Shown here piece by piece: positions 51,025 to 63,393 of a stretch of 64,000 nt of DNA (its first letter is position 1; each line of letters starts with the position of its first letter). The stretch comes from Verrucomicrobiales bacterium. GTDB taxonomy: Bacteria > Verrucomicrobiota > Verrucomicrobiia > Verrucomicrobiales > SLCJ01. The position numbers and the translations under genes are program-made. Location of the stretch: contig JBJTQJ010000108.1 of NCBI GenBank assembly GCA_046075565.1, positions 64,001 to 128,000 on the forward strand, read 5' to 3'. Below the pieces are notes generated by a model that saw only the letters and a program-made list of their open reading frames with translations, was not told where the DNA came from and made no database searches.

Positions 51025-54000
51025 ATGCCCAAGGACACCAGCATCCAGAAAATTCTCGTTATCGGCTCCGGCCCCATTGTCATCGGCCAAGCCTGTGAAT
51101 TCGATTACTCCGGAACCCAAGCCTGCAAGGCGCTGCGCGAGGAAGGTTACCAGGTCGTGCTGGTGAATTCCAACCCGGCCAGCATCATGACCGACCCGGA
51201 ATTCGCCAACCGGACCTACATCGAGCCGATCACCCCCGAGGTGGTGGAAAAGATCATCGAACGCGAGAAACCGGACGCCCTCCTTCCCACTCTCGGCGGC
51301 CAGACCGCTCTCAACACCGCCATGTCCCTCTGGAAAAGCGGTGTCCTCACCCGCCACAACGTGCGCATGATCGGGGCGAATGCCGACGCCATTGACAAAG
51401 GCGAAGATCGCCAGCGCTTCAAAGACGCCATGCTCGAAATCGGCCTCGACGTGGCCCGCAGCGGGGTCGCCCACACGATGGAAGATGCCCAACGCGTCGC
51501 CGCGGAGATCGGCGGTTTCCCGCTCATCATCCGCCCCGCTTTCACGCTCGGAGGCAGTGGCGGCGGCATCGCTTATAACAGGGAGGAATTCGACGACATC
51601 GCCGCCCGCGGCCTTGACCTTTCCCCGGTCAGTGAGATCCTCGTCGAGGAATCCCTGCTCGGATGGAAGGAATTCGAGATGGAGGTCATGCGCGACCGCC
51701 TCGACAACTGCGTGGTCATCTGTTCGATCGAAAACCTTGATCCAATGGGCGTGCATACCGGCGACTCCATCACCGTCGCCCCGGCCCAGACCCTGACCGA
51801 CCGCGAATACCAAATCATGCGCGACGCCAGCTTCGCGGTCATCCGCGAGATCGGCGTGGAAACCGGCGGTTCGAACATCCAGTTCTGCGTTCATCCTGAC
51901 AACGGACGTATGATCGTGATCGAGATGAACCCGCGCGTCTCGCGATCCTCCGCCCTCGCCTCCAAGGCCACCGGCTTCCCCATCGCGAAGATCGCCGCCA
52001 AACTCGCCGTCGGCTACACGCTCGACGAGTTGAAGAACGACATCACCCGCGAAACGCCGGCCAGTTTCGAGCCGACCATCGACTACGTGGTGACCAAGGT
52101 CCCGCGTTTCACCTTCGAGAAGTTCAAGGACGCCGATCCCGTCCTAACAACCCAGATGAAATCCGTCGGCGAGGCCATGGCCATCGGACGGACGTTCAAG
52201 GAGTCGCTGCAAAAGGCGCTGCGTTCCCTTGAAACCGGGCGCGCCGGCCTGCTCGGCGACGGCCGCGATCAATCGATTGAAGACCGGGAGCTTATTTCCC
52301 GCAAGCTCAGTGTCCCGAATGCCGAACGCATCTTCTGGCTCGGGGCCGCCTTCCGCACCGGCTTCGATGTCGAGGAAGTTTTTGATCTGACCAAAATCGA
52401 CCGCTGGTTCCTGCGCCACATCTCCGAGATCGTGACTGCCGCCAAAGGACTCGCCGCGATGGATCTCCGCCAAGCCAAACGCCTCGGTTTCTCCGACCGC
52501 CAGATCGCCTACTCCCGGGCCCGCTACCACGACAAACCGTGCAGCGAACTCGAGATCCGCGCCGAGCGCAAGGCGACCGGCGTCACCCCGACCTACCGCC
52601 TTGTTGACACCTGCGCCGCAGAATTCGAGGCCTACACGCCCTACTACTACTCGACCTACGGCATCGAAAACGAGAGCCGCGAAAGCGGGAAGAAGAAAAT
52701 CATGATTCTCGGCGGCGGCCCCAACCGCATCGGCCAGGGGATCGAGTTCGACTACTGCTGCGTGCACGCCGCTTTCGCTCTCAAGGAAATGGGCTTCGAG
52801 ACCATCATGGTGAACTCGAACCCGGAGACCGTCTCGACCGACTACGATACCTCCGACAAACTCTACTTCGAGCCGCTGACCCTTGAAGACGTGCTTAATA
52901 TCTACGAGCAGGAGAAATGCGACGGCGCCATCGTGCAGTTCGGCGGCCAGACCCCGCTCAATCTCGCCCAAGCCCTCGAAGGCAATGGCGTCAATGTCAT
53001 CGGCACCTCTCCGCGCAGCATCGAACTGGCCGAGGACCGGAAATTCTTCTCCGTCCTGCTCGACCAACTCGGCCTCAAACAAGCCCCGGCCGGCACCGCC
53101 GTCTCCGAAGACGAAGCCGTCGAAATCGCCCGCCGCATCGGCTTCCCCGTGCTCGTGCGTCCTTCCTTCGTGCTCGGCGGCCGTGCCATGATGATCGTTT
53201 ATGATGAGGACGAAGTGCGCCACTACATGCGCACGGCCGTGGAAGCCAGCCCGGAACGCCCGGTGCTCGTGGACCGTTTCCTCGACGGAGCCACCGAAGT
53301 GGATGTAGATTTGATTTCCGATGGCGAAACAACCGTGCTGGGAGCCATCATGGAACACATCGAACCGGCAGGCATCCACAGCGGCGACAGCGCCTGCGTC
53401 ATCCCCGCCTTCTCGCTCAGCGCCGAAATGCAGGCCGAGATCACCCGCGCCGCCAAGGCCCTAGCCGATGCTCTTGAAGTGCGCGGACTGATGAACATCC
53501 AGTTCGCGGTCAAAGATGGTGAACTGTTTGTCATCGAGGTCAACCCGCGCGCCTCGCGCACCGTGCCCTTTGTTTCCAAAGCCATTGGCGTCCCTCTGGC
53601 CAAACTCGCGGCCAAGGTCATGGCTGGAGCCAAACTCAAGGACCTCGGATTCACAAGCGAAATCATCCCGCCCTACCATTCGGTCAAGGAAGCCGTCTTC
53701 CCCTTCAACCGTTTCCCAGGCATCGACATCATCCTCGGCCCCGAGATGAAAGCGACCGGCGAGGTCATGGGCATTGCCGACGACTTTGGTTCCGCCTACG
53801 CGAAAAGCCAGATGGCCGCCTCCAACGCGCTCCCGCGCGGAGGAAAGGTTTTTGTCTCCGTGCGCGATCGCGACAAAGCCGCCGTGGTCGATATCGCCCG
53901 CGGATTCCATGAACTCGGCTTCAAGGTCGTCTCCACCTGCGGCACGGCAAAATTCCTCACCAACGAAGATGTCCCTGTCCAAGCGGTCAACAAACTCGCC

Positions 54001-54234
54001 GAAGGACGCCCCAACATTCTCGACGCCATCAAGAATGGGGAAATCGATTTCGTGGTCAACACGCCGAGTTCGCAGGAAACCCGCGCCGACGAACGGAAGA
54101 TCCGCGCCGCCGCCGTGCAATACCGGATCTCGCATTGCACCAACCTCGCCGCCGCCAAAGCCACCGTCGAAGCCATCAGGGCTCTCCAATCGAAAGACAT
54201 CTCGGTCAAATCCATCCAGGAATGGCACGCGTGA
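51025..54234 (+). CDS. carB: Carbamoyl-phosphate synthase large subunit
   Basis: [30 protein letters not shown], two ATP-grasp halves, MGS domain. Confidence 0.98.
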   Translation: MPKDTSIQKILVIGSGPIVIGQACEFDYSGTQACKALREEGYQVVLVNSNPASIMTDPEFANRTYIEPITPEVVEKIIEREKPDALLPTLGGQTALNTAMSLWKSGVLTRHNVRMIGANADAIDKGEDRQRFKDAMLEIGLDVARSGVAHTMEDAQRVAAEIGGFPLIIRPAFTLGGSGGGIAYNREEFDDIAARGLDLSPVSEILVEESLLGWKEFEMEVMRDRLDNCVVICSIENLDPMGVHTGDSITVAPAQTLTDREYQIMRDASFAVIREIGVETGGSNIQFCVHPDNGRMIVIEMNPRVSRSSALASKATGFPIAKIAAKLAVGYTLDELKNDITRETPASFEPTIDYVVTKVPRFTFEKFKDADPVLTTQMKSVGEAMAIGRTFKESLQKALRSLETGRAGLLGDGRDQSIEDRELISRKLSVPNAERIFWLGAAFRTGFDVEEVFDLTKIDRWFLRHISEIVTAAKGLAAMDLRQAKRLGFSDRQIAYSRARYHDKPCSELEIRAERKATGVTPTYRLVDTCAAEFEAYTPYYYSTYGIENESRESGKKKIMILGGGPNRIGQGIEFDYCCVHAAFALKEMGFETIMVNSNPETVSTDYDTSDKLYFEPLTLEDVLNIYEQEKCDGAIVQFGGQTPLNLAQALEGNGVNVIGTSPRSIELAEDRKFFSVLLDQLGLKQAPAGTAVSEDEAVEIARRIGFPVLVRPSFVLGGRAMMIVYDEDEVRHYMRTAVEASPERPVLVDRFLDGATEVDVDLISDGETTVLGAIMEHIEPAGIHSGDSACVIPAFSLSAEMQAEITRAAKALADALEVRGLMNIQFAVKDGELFVIEVNPRASRTVPFVSKAIGVPLAKLAAKVMAGAKLKDLGFTSEIIPPYHSVKEAVFPFNRFPGIDIILGPEMKATGEVMGIADDFGSAYAKSQMAASNALPRGGKVFVSVRDRDKAAVVDIARGFHELGFKVVSTCGTAKFLTNEDVPVQAVNKLAEGRPNILDAIKNGEIDFVVNTPSSQETRADERKIRAAAVQYRISHCTNLAAAKATVEAIRALQSKDISVKSIQEWHA

Positions 54235-54314
54235 GCGGAGCCGCGGGTTCCGCCTGCCCTGTCTCCCGCATTTGGTCTGGAAATTTCCGCTTGGGGCGCT
54301 AGGGTCAAACCCAC

Positions 54315-55640
54315 ATGTCCTGGCATCGGAAATCCCACTGGCAAATCCTGGTCGCGCTCGTGCTGGCGGTCGGGACGGGGCTGTTCTTGAAGAGCCTGCC
54401 GCCGGATTCGGGTTTCGCGGAGGTTTTGCTCTCCATTTGCCGAGTGATCGGTGAGCTATTCATGCGGGCCCTGCGCATGATCATCGTGCCGATCGTGCTG
54501 GTTTCGATCATTTGCGGCATCGGCGGCATGGGGGCGACGAAGGGATTCGGGCGGATGGGCGCGAAGACAATGGGCTTTTACGCCATCACCACGCTGGTGG
54601 CGGCCACGCTCGGGCTGCTGTTGGTGAACCTCATCCAACCGGGGCTCACCGACGGCCAACCGAATCCGGTGGTCAAACAAGCCATCGAGGCGGAGGCGGG
54701 CAAACTCGCGGGCAACGAAAAGGCCGCAGCCATCGCAGCAAAGGTCGGGGAACAGCAAGAAGGCATGGGCGCGACCCTGCGCGACCTGCTCCTGCGTATG
54801 GTCCCCAACAACGTCATCGAGTCCGCCGCCACCACGGACTTGCTCGGACTCATCTTCTTCGCTCTCCTCTTCGGCATCGCCATGGCCACGCTCGAAGGTC
54901 CTCATATCGAGGCGACCCGTTCAGTTATGCAAGGCCTGAATGATATCATCCTGAAAATCACCGGCTGGATCATGGCCTGCGCCCCGGTCGGGGTTTTTGG
55001 TCTGGTGGCTCCGGTGGTGGCGGCAACGGGTGGCGGAATTTTCAAAGCCCTGGCGTGGTATTTCGTGACCGTCGCCGCCGGCCTGTTGCTGCATCTTTTC
55101 GTGATCATGCCACTTTTCCTCTTGGCCGGCAGGGTCAATCCAAGGCGGCACTTCGCGGCCATGCGCGACTGCCTGTTGACCGCATTTTCCACGGCCTCGT
55201 CGAATGCCACCTTGCCGGTGACCATGCGCTGTGTGACGGATGAAGCCGGAGTCTCGCCGCGCGTCGCGGGTTTCACCCTGCCGGTGGGCGCGACGGTGAA
55301 CATGAATGGGACCGCGCTTTATGAATGTGTCGCGGTGATCTTCGTCGCCCAGGTGCTTGGGGTTGATCTGTCCATGGGCACACAGATCACAGTGGTTCTT
55401 CTGGCCCTGCTCACTTCAGTCGGGGTGGCGGGAGTGCCGTCGGCCTCCCTCGTGGCCATTGTGCTGATTCTCCAGACCGTGAAAATCGAAGGCGCGGGAG
55501 CGGCCATTGCCGTTCTCTTCTCGGTGGACCGGCTGCTCGATATGGGCCGGACGGCGGTCAATGTCTTCGGCGACACCTGCGGCGCGGTGGTGGTTGCCCG
55601 TTCGGAAGGAGAACGGCTTTTTCCGGAAGAAGACGGGTGA
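54315..55640 (+). CDS. Dicarboxylate/amino acid:cation symporter (DAACS/GltP family)
   Basis: [40 protein letters not shown]. Confidence 0.94.
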   Translation: MSWHRKSHWQILVALVLAVGTGLFLKSLPPDSGFAEVLLSICRVIGELFMRALRMIIVPIVLVSIICGIGGMGATKGFGRMGAKTMGFYAITTLVAATLGLLLVNLIQPGLTDGQPNPVVKQAIEAEAGKLAGNEKAAAIAAKVGEQQEGMGATLRDLLLRMVPNNVIESAATTDLLGLIFFALLFGIAMATLEGPHIEATRSVMQGLNDIILKITGWIMACAPVGVFGLVAPVVAATGGGIFKALAWYFVTVAAGLLLHLFVIMPLFLLAGRVNPRRHFAAMRDCLLTAFSTASSNATLPVTMRCVTDEAGVSPRVAGFTLPVGATVNMNGTALYECVAVIFVAQVLGVDLSMGTQITVVLLALLTSVGVAGVPSASLVAIVLILQTVKIEGAGAAIAVLFSVDRLLDMGRTAVNVFGDTCGAVVVARSEGERLFPEEDG

Positions 55641-55643
55641 ACT

Positions 55644-56099
55644 TTAACGGCTCAGGTCTTCCTGAAAGAGGATCTTGAATCCGGCGGCGACTAGGGCCGA
55701 CATTCCGAAGGCGGTGTCTTCGACGCGGAAAGCAAGGGCGGGACGGCCACCAGGATGGGTAAGCAGCGGGTAGGCGAAAAGCAGGTTGGTTTCCGCCTCC
55801 AGCAGGCTCTGCAGGCAACGCCCGAGCCCGGCCGGACCATCGGCCAGTTCGACCACGATGAGGGCACAAGCGCTGAAGGGAATTCCCCGCTCGAAAAAAA
55901 CTTGTTCGACCACGTCCGGGTCGGTCACCACCAGACGCACAATGGTCACGTCGGTGGTTTCGAGCACGCTCAGGCCAAGGACGGAGACGTGGGAGGCATT
56001 GAGAAGCATGACAAGCCGCATCAAGGCCCCGACCTTGTTTTCAAGGAAAACGGAAAATTGTCGGACCGGCTGACCCGGGGGAATGATTTCGGCTGCCAT
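55644..56099 (-). CDS. Stand-alone tandem ACT-domain protein
   Basis: [13 protein letters not shown]...; second ACT repeat VEL.DGPAGL...L.EAETNL.FAY. Confidence 0.85.
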   Translation of the reverse strand: MAAEIIPPGQPVRQFSVFLENKVGALMRLVMLLNASHVSVLGLSVLETTDVTIVRLVVTDPDVVEQVFFERGIPFSACALIVVELADGPAGLGRCLQSLLEAETNLLFAYPLLTHPGGRPALAFRVEDTAFGMSALVAAGFKILFQEDLSR

Positions 56100-56367
56100 G
56101 CGAGGAGCCCAATCTACCAAATTTTCGCCCCCTTTGCCAAGGATTCTCTGAAAATAGGAAAGCCCGGGACATCCGGGGTAGCCCCGACGCCGCCGGGGAC
56201 ATGACAGGAACGCCTTCGCGTTCCGATGGAAGTGGAGGTCGCAGCTAGGACAGCGGGCCGACTTCCCCACCCCTGCGCCGGAAGAGGTACCGCTGCGGAT
56301 AATGCATCGGAAAATTCGCGTATTTCGTCCGTGACAGTGGCAGCGGGCATCTCTAGGTTGCGGGCAT

Positions 56368-57666
56368 ATGATACCGAGTGGGGAACTTGAACTGACCAAA
56401 GCCATCAACCGGGCCCTTGCCATCGTCATGGGGGGCGGAGCGGGAACCCGGCTCTATCCTCTGACGAAGGATCGCTCGAAACCTGCGGTGCCGCTGGGTG
56501 GAAAGTATCGTCTGGTGGATATTCCGATTTCCAATTGCCTCAACTCATCGTTGCAGCGCGTTTATGTGCTCACCCAGTTCAACAGCACCTCGCTGCATCG
56601 GCATATCAACCGGACTTACAAGTTTGATCAGTTCACCGATTCTTTCGTGGAGATTCTGGCGGCCCAGCAAACACCCATGGGCGCCAAGTGGTATCAAGGC
56701 ACCGCGGACGCCGTGCGCCAGAACATGCGTTATTTCCTCGAAGGAAACGACAAATACTTCATCATTCTGAGCGGCGACCAACTCTACCGGATGGACTACC
56801 GCGAACTTCTCCGCGACCACATCGTATCGAAAGCGGACCTGACCATCGCCACGATTCCGGTAAAACGCGCGGAAGCCACCGGTTTCGGCATCATGGAAAC
56901 GGCCGATGACGGCAAAATCACACGCTTCGTGGAGAAACCGAAGGAGGCGGAAGTTCTCGAGAGCCTGCGCATGAGCCCCGCGCGACTGGAGGAATGCGGA
57001 CTGGACACCGGAGGTGAGCATTTCCTCGCCAGCATGGGGATTTATGTCTTCAACCGCAAGGCGCTCGAGGAATGCCTCGACAACGATTTTGTGGACTTTG
57101 GAAAACACATCATCCCGCAGGCCATCAGCCAATACAAGGTCCAGAGCCATATCTTCCAGGGGTATTGGGAAGACATCGGAACCATCCGCTCATTCTTCGA
57201 TGCCAACCTCGCCCTGACGAATATCGTGCCGAGTTACGATTTCTTCAATCCCGATGCCCCCATCTACACGCACGCCCGTTTCCTGCCGGCATCCAAAATC
57301 AATCATGCCCAGGTGGATCGTTCGGTCATCTCGGACGGCTGCATCATCACGAATGCGAGCATCGAGCATTGCCTGATCGGCGTGCGTTCTGTGATCGACG
57401 GAGGCACCGTCATGCGTGACTGTATCGTCATGGGGGCGGACTCTTTCGAGCGGGACAATCCCCCGGCGGGCATTCCCCGCATGGGCATCGGCCGCGACTG
57501 CCGTATCGAACGTGCCATCATTGACAAAAACGCCCGCATAGGAGACCGCGTTCACATTTCTCCGGAGGGAAAACCGGAAGACTTCGATGGTCCCAATTAC
57601 TGCATCCGCGACGGCATCGTGGTCATTCCCAAGAATGCCATCATTCCTTCCGACACCTCGATTTGA
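56368..57666 (+). CDS. glgC: Glucose-1-phosphate adenylyltransferase
   Basis: GGGAGTRLYPLT..RSKPAVP, WYQGTADAV, LSGDQLY, FVEKP, ASMGIY, YWEDIGT. Confidence 0.97.
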   Translation: MIPSGELELTKAINRALAIVMGGGAGTRLYPLTKDRSKPAVPLGGKYRLVDIPISNCLNSSLQRVYVLTQFNSTSLHRHINRTYKFDQFTDSFVEILAAQQTPMGAKWYQGTADAVRQNMRYFLEGNDKYFIILSGDQLYRMDYRELLRDHIVSKADLTIATIPVKRAEATGFGIMETADDGKITRFVEKPKEAEVLESLRMSPARLEECGLDTGGEHFLASMGIYVFNRKALEECLDNDFVDFGKHIIPQAISQYKVQSHIFQGYWEDIGTIRSFFDANLALTNIVPSYDFFNPDAPIYTHARFLPASKINHAQVDRSVISDGCIITNASIEHCLIGVRSVIDGGTVMRDCIVMGADSFERDNPPAGIPRMGIGRDCRIERAIIDKNARIGDRVHISPEGKPEDFDGPNYCIRDGIVVIPKNAIIPSDTSI

Positions 57667-57723
57667 GGATATCGCAGGCCGCAAACGCCGCCCAGTGCCG
57701 GCTTGGGGCACTGAAAAACGAAA

Positions 57724-57889
57724 ATCCGGAGGGTCGGGATCCGCGTCCGTGGCTTGCCCTTCATAGCCCGTCGGGCGACTTAGGGTCACGACCGTGAATC
57801 TGCTGGGAGAGACGCGGTCGATCACTGTGCATGGCGCGTCATTCGCGCGAGCAACGGACACGACCCTACGGGATCGTGTCCCTCCGGAT
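57724..57889. repeat. 166-bp imperfect inverted-repeat element (CGGA-type REP pair / REPIN / MITE-like)
   Basis: Terminal ATCCGGAGGG...CCCTCCGGAT; inner arms CGCGTCCGTGGCTTGC / GCGAGCAACGGACACG; hairpin GGACACGA-N10-TCGTGTCC. Confidence 0.7.
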
Positions 57890-57922
57890 GGTTGATGAGA
57901 AGCGGGGGCCTTTATCCCACCT

Positions 57923-58849
57923 TCAAGAACCGAGGATGGCTTTTGCTGCAGCGACATCCGCCGCGATGGCTGCTTTTAATCCCTCCAATCCAGAAAACCT
58001 TTGTTCCAGGCGGATGAACGCCTCGAAGAAAACCTCGATCTCTGCACCGTAGATCGATTCATCGAAATTGAAGAGGTGGACCTCGAGCGAGAATTCACTG
58101 TCATTCCCGATCGTGGGACGATGACCGAGGTTGGCCACACCGGAAAAAGTCCTTCCATCAAGATCGGCGCGCACGGCATAAACGCCGCCGGGAGGAAGTT
58201 GCTCGTTATCCACCAGCACATTGGCGGTGGGGAAACCGAGGGTCCGGCCCAGTTGTTTTCCCTCGACCACCGAGCCGAGCACGGAGAAGGAGCGGCCCAA
58301 TAAACGGGCGCACATCTCAAGATTCCCTTCGCTGAGAAGCCGGCGCACCAGCGTGCTGCTCACCCGTTCGCCGTCGAGCAGGACAGGCGGAACGGCGACC
58401 GTGCGGAATCCCCGGGCCAAGCCCTCGCTGGCCAGTGTTTCGGCATTCCCCGATCGGGCGCGCCCGAAACAGAAGTCCTCGCCCGTCACGATACCGGCGA
58501 GTTTCCCCGGAGACGACGCGAGCAAATCGATGAACCCGGAAGCAGGTTTGGCAGCGAGTTCGCGCGTGAAGGGAATGACGAGCAGATGATCAAATCCCAA
58601 ACGCGCGAGCAAACGCTTCTGGTGGGGCAAAGAAGTCAGAAGCAACGGAGCGGTCTCCGGGGTGAGAAGGCGGCGCGGATGCGGATGAAACGTCGAGGCC
58701 ACGGCGGTGGCTCCGATCTCGAGGGCGAGAGCACGGGCGGTGTCCAATACGGCTTGATGGCCGATATGCAGCCCATCGAAGACACCCAGTGCGAGCACGA
58801 TGGGCCCGGGGATTTCCGCAAGGTCATCGATGGAGATGCAAACGCGCAT
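57923..58849 (-). CDS. ribF: Bifunctional riboflavin kinase/FAD synthetase
   Basis: GVFDGLHIGH, TFHPHP, VSST, GRTLGFPTAN, EVH. Confidence 0.96.
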   Translation of the reverse strand: MRVCISIDDLAEIPGPIVLALGVFDGLHIGHQAVLDTARALALEIGATAVASTFHPHPRRLLTPETAPLLLTSLPHQKRLLARLGFDHLLVIPFTRELAAKPASGFIDLLASSPGKLAGIVTGEDFCFGRARSGNAETLASEGLARGFRTVAVPPVLLDGERVSSTLVRRLLSEGNLEMCARLLGRSFSVLGSVVEGKQLGRTLGFPTANVLVDNEQLPPGGVYAVRADLDGRTFSGVANLGHRPTIGNDSEFSLEVHLFNFDESIYGAEIEVFFEAFIRLEQRFSGLEGLKAAIAADVAAAKAILGS

Positions 58850-58862
58850 GGCAATGGGCGGC

Positions 58863-59597
58863 TCAGGCCCCGCGGAGGCGGGAGACATCGGCCAGGCTCA
58901 TCACCCGTCCCATCAGTTCCTCCCGGGGCATGGTCTTCATGTCCATGGCGGGCACGGCCCCATCGACGACAAATTTACCGGAGCGCATGCGGCGCAAGGC
59001 GGAGAGGTGGCCACCGCATCCGAGTTTCTCGCCGATGTCGGCGGAATAGGTGCGCACGTAAAAGCCTTTGCTGCAAATCACACCGAACTCGACATGCGGC
59101 CAGGTGATTTTCCCTATGGCATAAGCGAAGACATGCACCAGACGCGGCTGGCGCTCCACCTCCTGGCCTTTGCGCGCGAGTTTGTAGAGGGGAACACCAT
59201 CCTTCTTGATGGCGGAAACCATCGGGGGGGTTTGCATGAAATCCCCTTTGTAGGCTTCGAAAGCGGCCTTGAGGTCGTCGGCGGAATACTCCGGCACGGG
59301 ACGGCGCTCCACCACCTCGCCCATCCGGTCCTGGGTCGTGGTCGTGTAACCCAAGGTGAGCATGCCGCGATATTCCTTTTCCTCCGACATGAGGAGGTCT
59401 TGGATTTTCGTGCCCCGACCGATCACGAGGATGAGCAAGCCGGTAGCCATGGGATCGAGTGTCCCACAATGACCGATGCGGCGGGTGCCCAAAGCGCGGC
59501 GCGCGATGGCCACCACATCGTGGGAAGTCATGTCGGGGGCCTTGTCGACGAGCAGGACGCCGTCGATTTCGTTGTCAGGTTTGCGGAAGTGCCTCAT
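58863..59597 (-). CDS. truB: tRNA pseudouridine(55) synthase
   Basis: DKAPDMTSHDVV, GHCGTLDPMATG, PPMVSAIK, CSKGFYVR. Confidence 0.96.
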   Translation of the reverse strand: MRHFRKPDNEIDGVLLVDKAPDMTSHDVVAIARRALGTRRIGHCGTLDPMATGLLILVIGRGTKIQDLLMSEEKEYRGMLTLGYTTTTQDRMGEVVERRPVPEYSADDLKAAFEAYKGDFMQTPPMVSAIKKDGVPLYKLARKGQEVERQPRLVHVFAYAIGKITWPHVEFGVICSKGFYVRTYSADIGEKLGCGGHLSALRRMRSGKFVVDGAVPAMDMKTMPREELMGRVMSLADVSRLRGA

Positions 59598-60564
59598 GGA
59601 TCGCTTGAAGGAATCGTTGGCGTGCTTGGTGGAGTGGCCCGGCCATGCGGGCGCCGGCGGCGAGAGGATGGCCTCCGCCTCCGAAGATCTGGCAGATTTT
59701 GCAGACATCGATGGTGGAATCCTTGGAACGGCTGCTCACCCGGACTTTTCCATCGGGAAGCTCCTCGAAGAAAACCGCCACCTGAACGCTGTCGATGGAG
59801 CGGATGACATCGATCAAGTCCTCGCTGTCTTCGGGTTTGAGCCCGAGTTCATTCTTGGTGGCATTGTCGAGTTGCCAATCGGCGACGCGATCCCCGGCTG
59901 TCAATTCGAGGGTATGGAAAAGTCGTTGCAAAAGTTTGACCTTACGTAGCGGACGACGGTGGTAGGTTAGGGCGGAAAGTTCGCCTACATTCAAGCCGGC
60001 GGCCACCATCTCGGCGGCGATGGCAAACGTGCGAGCGGTCGTGGACGGATATTGAAAGGATCCGGTGTCGGTGGAGATCGCGACAAAAAGATTCCGGCGG
60101 ATGGCGTCATCCATCGGCATACCATTCCCGGCGATCAACTCGTGGATGATCTGTCCGGTGGCCGGCGATTTCGGATCGATATAGACATGGTCACCGTAGC
60201 CTGGATTGCTCACATGGTGGTCGATGTTGACCCAGATGCGTGGAGAATCGCCGAGACTGGCAAGCGTGGCGCTGCCGAGGCGTTCGCGATTTGCCGTGTC
60301 AACGGCAATGACGACCTCCGCCTCGACGGGCGAGCCATCCGGTTTGCGCACGGTGGTCGCACCGGGCAGGAAGTCGAGATTCTCCGGGTAACCGTCTTCG
60401 TTGATCATCTCCACCTTCTTGCCCATGGCGCGCAAGGACAATCCAAGGCCTACCTGTGATCCGATGGCATCCCCATCGGGACGCACATGACTCAAAATCA
60501 CGAAACTAGAATGGGAGCGAATCAGGTCCGCAATTTCGGCGAGGGAAGACATGGGAGAAATCAT
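59575..60564 (-). CDS. nrnA: DHH/DHHA1 phosphoesterase (NrnA-type oligoribonuclease/PAP phosphatase)
   Basis: HVRPDGDAIGS, NIDHH, TDTGSF, GGGGH..AAG; lies between rbfA and truB. Confidence 0.9.
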   Translation of the reverse strand: MISPMSSLAEIADLIRSHSSFVILSHVRPDGDAIGSQVGLGLSLRAMGKKVEMINEDGYPENLDFLPGATTVRKPDGSPVEAEVVIAVDTANRERLGSATLASLGDSPRIWVNIDHHVSNPGYGDHVYIDPKSPATGQIIHELIAGNGMPMDDAIRRNLFVAISTDTGSFQYPSTTARTFAIAAEMVAAGLNVGELSALTYHRRPLRKVKLLQRLFHTLELTAGDRVADWQLDNATKNELGLKPEDSEDLIDVIRSIDSVQVAVFFEELPDGKVRVSSRSKDSTIDVCKICQIFGGGGHPLAAGARMAGPLHQARQRFLQAIHEALPQT

Positions 60565-60953
60565 TCGGTTTCGCCAGCGGACTTACCATCTGGCGCGTCG
60601 GACGGGGAGCCGTCCGCCGGGGGAGGAAGATTGTCGATGGCCTGAAGCACACGCACGCCGCGTTCGATCGAATGGTCGAGGCGGAAGTGCAGGTGCGGTG
60701 TATTCTTGAGAACCACGCGTTTGGAAAGCTTCGATTGGAAAGACGCCCGGTGTTTTTCGAGTTGTTCCTGCACCCAGCGCTCGTCGCGTGCCTTGCCAAT
60801 GACCCCGTAATGCACGGTGCAATGGCGGAAGTCGGGTGTGATTTCCACATCATGGATGGAAACGAGCACTCCGCCGAACTCGATTTCGCGTTGCAGCATC
60901 GTGCCCAACTCACGTTGGATCAATTCCCTTACCCGGAGGATTCGCTGGCTCAT
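60561..60953 (-). CDS. rbfA: Ribosome-binding factor A
   Basis: RILRVRELIQREL, LKNTPHLHF.LD.SIERG; directly after infB. Confidence 0.93.
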   Translation of the reverse strand: MSQRILRVRELIQRELGTMLQREIEFGGVLVSIHDVEITPDFRHCTVHYGVIGKARDERWVQEQLEKHRASFQSKLSKRVVLKNTPHLHFRLDHSIERGVRVLQAIDNLPPPADGSPSDAPDGKSAGETE

Positions 60954-60984
60954 GGTGCTTTCGTGATAGCGGCGCTGCGCGCGG

Positions 60985-63258
60985 TCAGAGGCTCTGGGCG
61001 ATCTTCTCGAGCTGGTAACATTCGATGATGTCGTTGGTCTCGTAGTCGTTGTAATCACCGAGGCGGATACCACATTCGGTGCCGGCCTTGACCTCATCCA
61101 CGTCGTCCTGGAAGCGGCGCAGCGTGCCAATCGGACCATCGAAAACAACCTGTCCGTCACGCAGTACGCGGGCGCGGGCTTTGCGTTCGATCCGACCTTC
61201 CTGCACGTAACACCCGGCAGCTTTGCCTCGTTTGGCTTTGAACACCTGGAGCACTTTGGCTTGACCTAGGTGCGACTCGCGGGTTTCCGGATCGAGCATG
61301 CCGAGCATGGCCTCTTCGATCTGGTCGATGAGTTCGTAAACAATGGAGTAGAGTTTCACCTGCACGCCTTCGCGTTTGGCGACTTTCACGGCGTTGCTCT
61401 CGAGCTTCACATTGAAGCCAAGCAGGATGGCATCGGAGGCGCTGCCGAGCAGCACATCACTTTCGGAAATCGGACCGGCGGCGGAGTGGATGATCTCAAG
61501 CTTCACTTTTTCGCTCTGGATATCACCGAGGGCTCCGGCGATCGCTTCCACCGAGCCCTGAACGTCCCCTTTCAGGATGACCTTGAGGGTTTTCACCTTG
61601 TTGCCGGCCTCCATGTTCGCGAAGAGATTCTCCAGGCGAGCTCGCTGGGGTGCCTGGAGTTTGTCCTGGCGAAGTTCCTCCTGCCGTTCGTCGCTGAGAC
61701 GTTTGGCATCCTTCTCCGACTTCATCTCCACGACTTCGTCGCCGACATTGGGGAGTCCGCTGAAACCGACGATCTCGACCGGAGTGCCCGGGCCGGCGGA
61801 TTTCACCGATTGGCCGCGGTCATTGACCAGCGTTCTGACTTTTCCGCTGAATGGCCCGCAGATGAAAGGCATGCCGACCTTGAGTGTGCCGCTTTGCACA
61901 ATCACGGTGGCCGTCGAGCCGCGTCCGATTTCCAGACGCGCTTCGATGACGGCGGCCCGCGCGGTGGCCTTCGGGTTCGCCTTCAACTCCATCACTTCGG
62001 CCTGCAGGACCATCATGTCGAGGAGTTCATTGATGCCTTGTTTCGTGTAAGCGGAAACCGGAATGGCAATGGTATTTCCCCCCCATGCCTCGGGCGAGAG
62101 GTCACGCTCCTGCAACTGGCTGTAAACCCGGTCGATGTTGGCGGCAGGCAGATCGCATTTATTGATGGCGACCATGATGGTAACTCCCGCCGCGCGCGCG
62201 TGGTTCAGCGCCTCGTCGGTTTGGGGCATGAATCCATCGTCGGCGGCCACCACCAGAACAACGATGTCGGTGGCCTGGGCTCCCCGAGCGCGCATCTGGG
62301 TGAAAATGGCGTGGCCGGGGGTATCAAGGAAAGTGATGGGCGTCCCGTTGTGTTCCACAAGGTAGGCGCCGATGTGCTGGGTGATGCCGCCGGCTTCACC
62401 GGCAGCTACGCGGGCCTGGCGGATGGCGTCGAGCAAGGAGGTCTTGCCGTGATCGACGTGGCCCATGAAAGTGATGATCGGGGCGCGGGGCTTCAGTTGC
62501 TCCTCAGGTTCCTCGATAACGGGAGGCGGTTCGACGACTGGTTGGGTCGGGGCGTGGAAACCGCCGCCTTTTTCCCGGCGCTCGCGTTCCACGATGAACC
62601 CGTGCATCTCTCCGATTTTCGCGGCCACATCGGTGTCCACCACGGTCGCGGCATTGGCGAAAACCTCCATGTCCATCAGGTGCTTGATCACCTGGAATGG
62701 CCGCAAATCGAGCCGCTCCGCCAACTCCTTGACCGTCAGAGGTTGTTTGAAACTGACGAGTTTTTTAGCATCCGGATCGCCTTCAACCGGGGCATCGGCG
62801 GGCGCACCCGACGAACCACCAGCCTGCCCCGGCTCGGAGGATTCGGCGGCGGGCGAACCTGGCGCATCATGCGCTTCCTCGGCCTTGTGTTTTGCCGCCT
62901 TCGCGAAATTTTTCACCAAAGCCTCGACGGAACCTCCGCCGGCCTTCAACGCCTCGGCCAGAGGATCCGCATGATGGGTGTGGACTTCATCTTGGGGGGC
63001 GATCGCGGGCAAGCCCGTGGACGCGGTATCCTTGCGTCGCACGGCTTTCTTCTTCGGCTTATCACCTTCCTCGAAAAGATTCAGGGCATTCTTCTTGGCG
63101 TCCTCGAACGAACTCCTTTTTTTCTCCTCGACCGCCAGCTGCTGTTTCCTCCGCTGGCCGCGGGTTGGTTTGCCGCCATCGTCGAGCAAATCGAGCACCG
63201 CCTTCTTTTCGGTGTCTTCGTCGCCGTCCGGGGCGGATGATTTTTTATTTGGGGGCAT
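60985..63258 (-). CDS. infB: Translation initiation factor IF-2
   Basis: [47 protein letters not shown]. Confidence 0.98.
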   Translation of the reverse strand: MPPNKKSSAPDGDEDTEKKAVLDLLDDGGKPTRGQRRKQQLAVEEKKRSSFEDAKKNALNLFEEGDKPKKKAVRRKDTASTGLPAIAPQDEVHTHHADPLAEALKAGGGSVEALVKNFAKAAKHKAEEAHDAPGSPAAESSEPGQAGGSSGAPADAPVEGDPDAKKLVSFKQPLTVKELAERLDLRPFQVIKHLMDMEVFANAATVVDTDVAAKIGEMHGFIVERERREKGGGFHAPTQPVVEPPPVIEEPEEQLKPRAPIITFMGHVDHGKTSLLDAIRQARVAAGEAGGITQHIGAYLVEHNGTPITFLDTPGHAIFTQMRARGAQATDIVVLVVAADDGFMPQTDEALNHARAAGVTIMVAINKCDLPAANIDRVYSQLQERDLSPEAWGGNTIAIPVSAYTKQGINELLDMMVLQAEVMELKANPKATARAAVIEARLEIGRGSTATVIVQSGTLKVGMPFICGPFSGKVRTLVNDRGQSVKSAGPGTPVEIVGFSGLPNVGDEVVEMKSEKDAKRLSDERQEELRQDKLQAPQRARLENLFANMEAGNKVKTLKVILKGDVQGSVEAIAGALGDIQSEKVKLEIIHSAAGPISESDVLLGSASDAILLGFNVKLESNAVKVAKREGVQVKLYSIVYELIDQIEEAMLGMLDPETRESHLGQAKVLQVFKAKRGKAAGCYVQEGRIERKARARVLRDGQVVFDGPIGTLRRFQDDVDEVKAGTECGIRLGDYNDYETNDIIECYQLEKIAQSL

Positions 63259-63393
63259 GAGTCGGATTCAGGGAACGCGCCCTCGTGTAGGGCTGGGAAT
63301 GGAAACTAAAACGCATAAGCGGCCTCCGCGCCAGCGATAACCGGCGGAATCCGCGGAAGTTTGGGGAATTTCCCCGCCAAAATGCCCACGAAA

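Noticed and set aside
50866-51894. Apparent long N-terminal extension on the Xer recombinase (641-aa ORF), and the extension of carB to 50827
   Set aside because: The Xer extension is the antisense shadow of carB. Family-typical starts lie at 50865 and 51025.
57693-57718. Hairpin CAGTGCC-N7-GGCACTG as an intrinsic terminator
   Set aside because: It is followed by an A-tract on the plus strand, and neither strand has a U-tract 3' of the stem.
61270-63240. 656-aa plus-strand ORF, and similar long ORFs at 52144-53379, 8857-10470, 41809-43257, 16174-17577 and 22359-23591
   Set aside because: They lie antisense to clearly identified genes, carry no family motifs, and are the shadow ORFs expected in GC-rich DNA.
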